A DNA stretch of 57,485 bases, taken from positions 1 through 57,485 of the forward strand of contig CATMOE010000016.1 in NCBI GenBank assembly GCA_950072105.1, given 5' to 3'. The position numbers were made by a program, and so were the translations under genes. The notes beneath the pieces were generated by a model. It was not told the origin of the DNA. It saw only the letters and a program-made list of their open reading frames with translations, and searched no databases. Source of the DNA: an uncultured Dehalococcoidia bacterium. Lineage in GTDB: Bacteria > Chloroflexota > Dehalococcoidia > Lucifugimonadales > UBA3495. The stretch's first letter is position 1; each line of letters opens with the position of its first letter. Shown here piece after piece: positions 57,405-57,485 of the stretch.

Positions 57405-57485
57405 AATAGCACCCCCGAGGCACCAGTACGGTTTAATAGGGAAGGCGGTTAAAATCCGCCGCGGTTGCGCCACTGTGTGCGGGGA
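57405..57485 (+). ncRNA. Cobalamin riboswitch, 5' part (cut by the window end)
   Basis: AATAGGGAA-GGCGG-TTAAAAT-CCGCC-GCGGTTGCGCCACTGTG matches the GGGAA/P4 T-loop/GCCACTGT core; 5' boundary approximate. Confidence 0.85.

Noticed and set aside
1..57485. CRISPR array, integrase, transposase or prophage
   Set aside because: No regularly spaced repeat-spacer run and no mobile-element protein motifs were seen.
1..57485. Genome-wide reassignment of TGA or TAG
   Set aside because: Many conserved genes end properly at TGA (recO, dnaX, cbiP) or TAG (glnK, CoA-transferase B), so internal stops are site-specific.

Overview
A gene-dense bacterial chromosome segment. The gene content suggests Chloroflexota of the Dehalococcoidia/SAR202 type (inference): LLM monooxygenase, enolase-superfamily, ASST, CoA-transferases, and a VEKEV-repeat solute-binding lipoprotein. 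In order it holds: a partial enoyl-CoA hydratase; amtB-glnK; biotin carboxylase and carrier; ybeY-dnaX-ybaB-recR-recO; HAD and ASST genes; an orphan 60-aa gene with a structured leader; tRNA-Glu; argC; nth; a PQQ-type propeller; a peptide ABC operon; a catabolic cluster; a 47-aa zinc-ribbon gene; cobC-cbiP-cobU-pduX; a tartrate-dehydrogenase-like gene; CoA-transferases; a triply disrupted ~1098-aa secreted tyrosinase-like/vWA gene; a four-gene giant FtsX/MacB-type ABC system plus a YceI lipoprotein; an LLM; and the start of a cobalamin riboswitch at the right edge. The strongest hidden signal is at 54097-54666: two ORFs split by the track are one UGSC-family selenoprotein (in-frame TGA, U-G-S-C-T-S-C, SECIS-like hairpin) in an operon with a conserved partner of unknown function. 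Five single-base-loss frameshifts, mostly in homopolymers, suggest some disruptions are sequencing artefacts. No CRISPR array, rRNA, transposase or integrase was seen.
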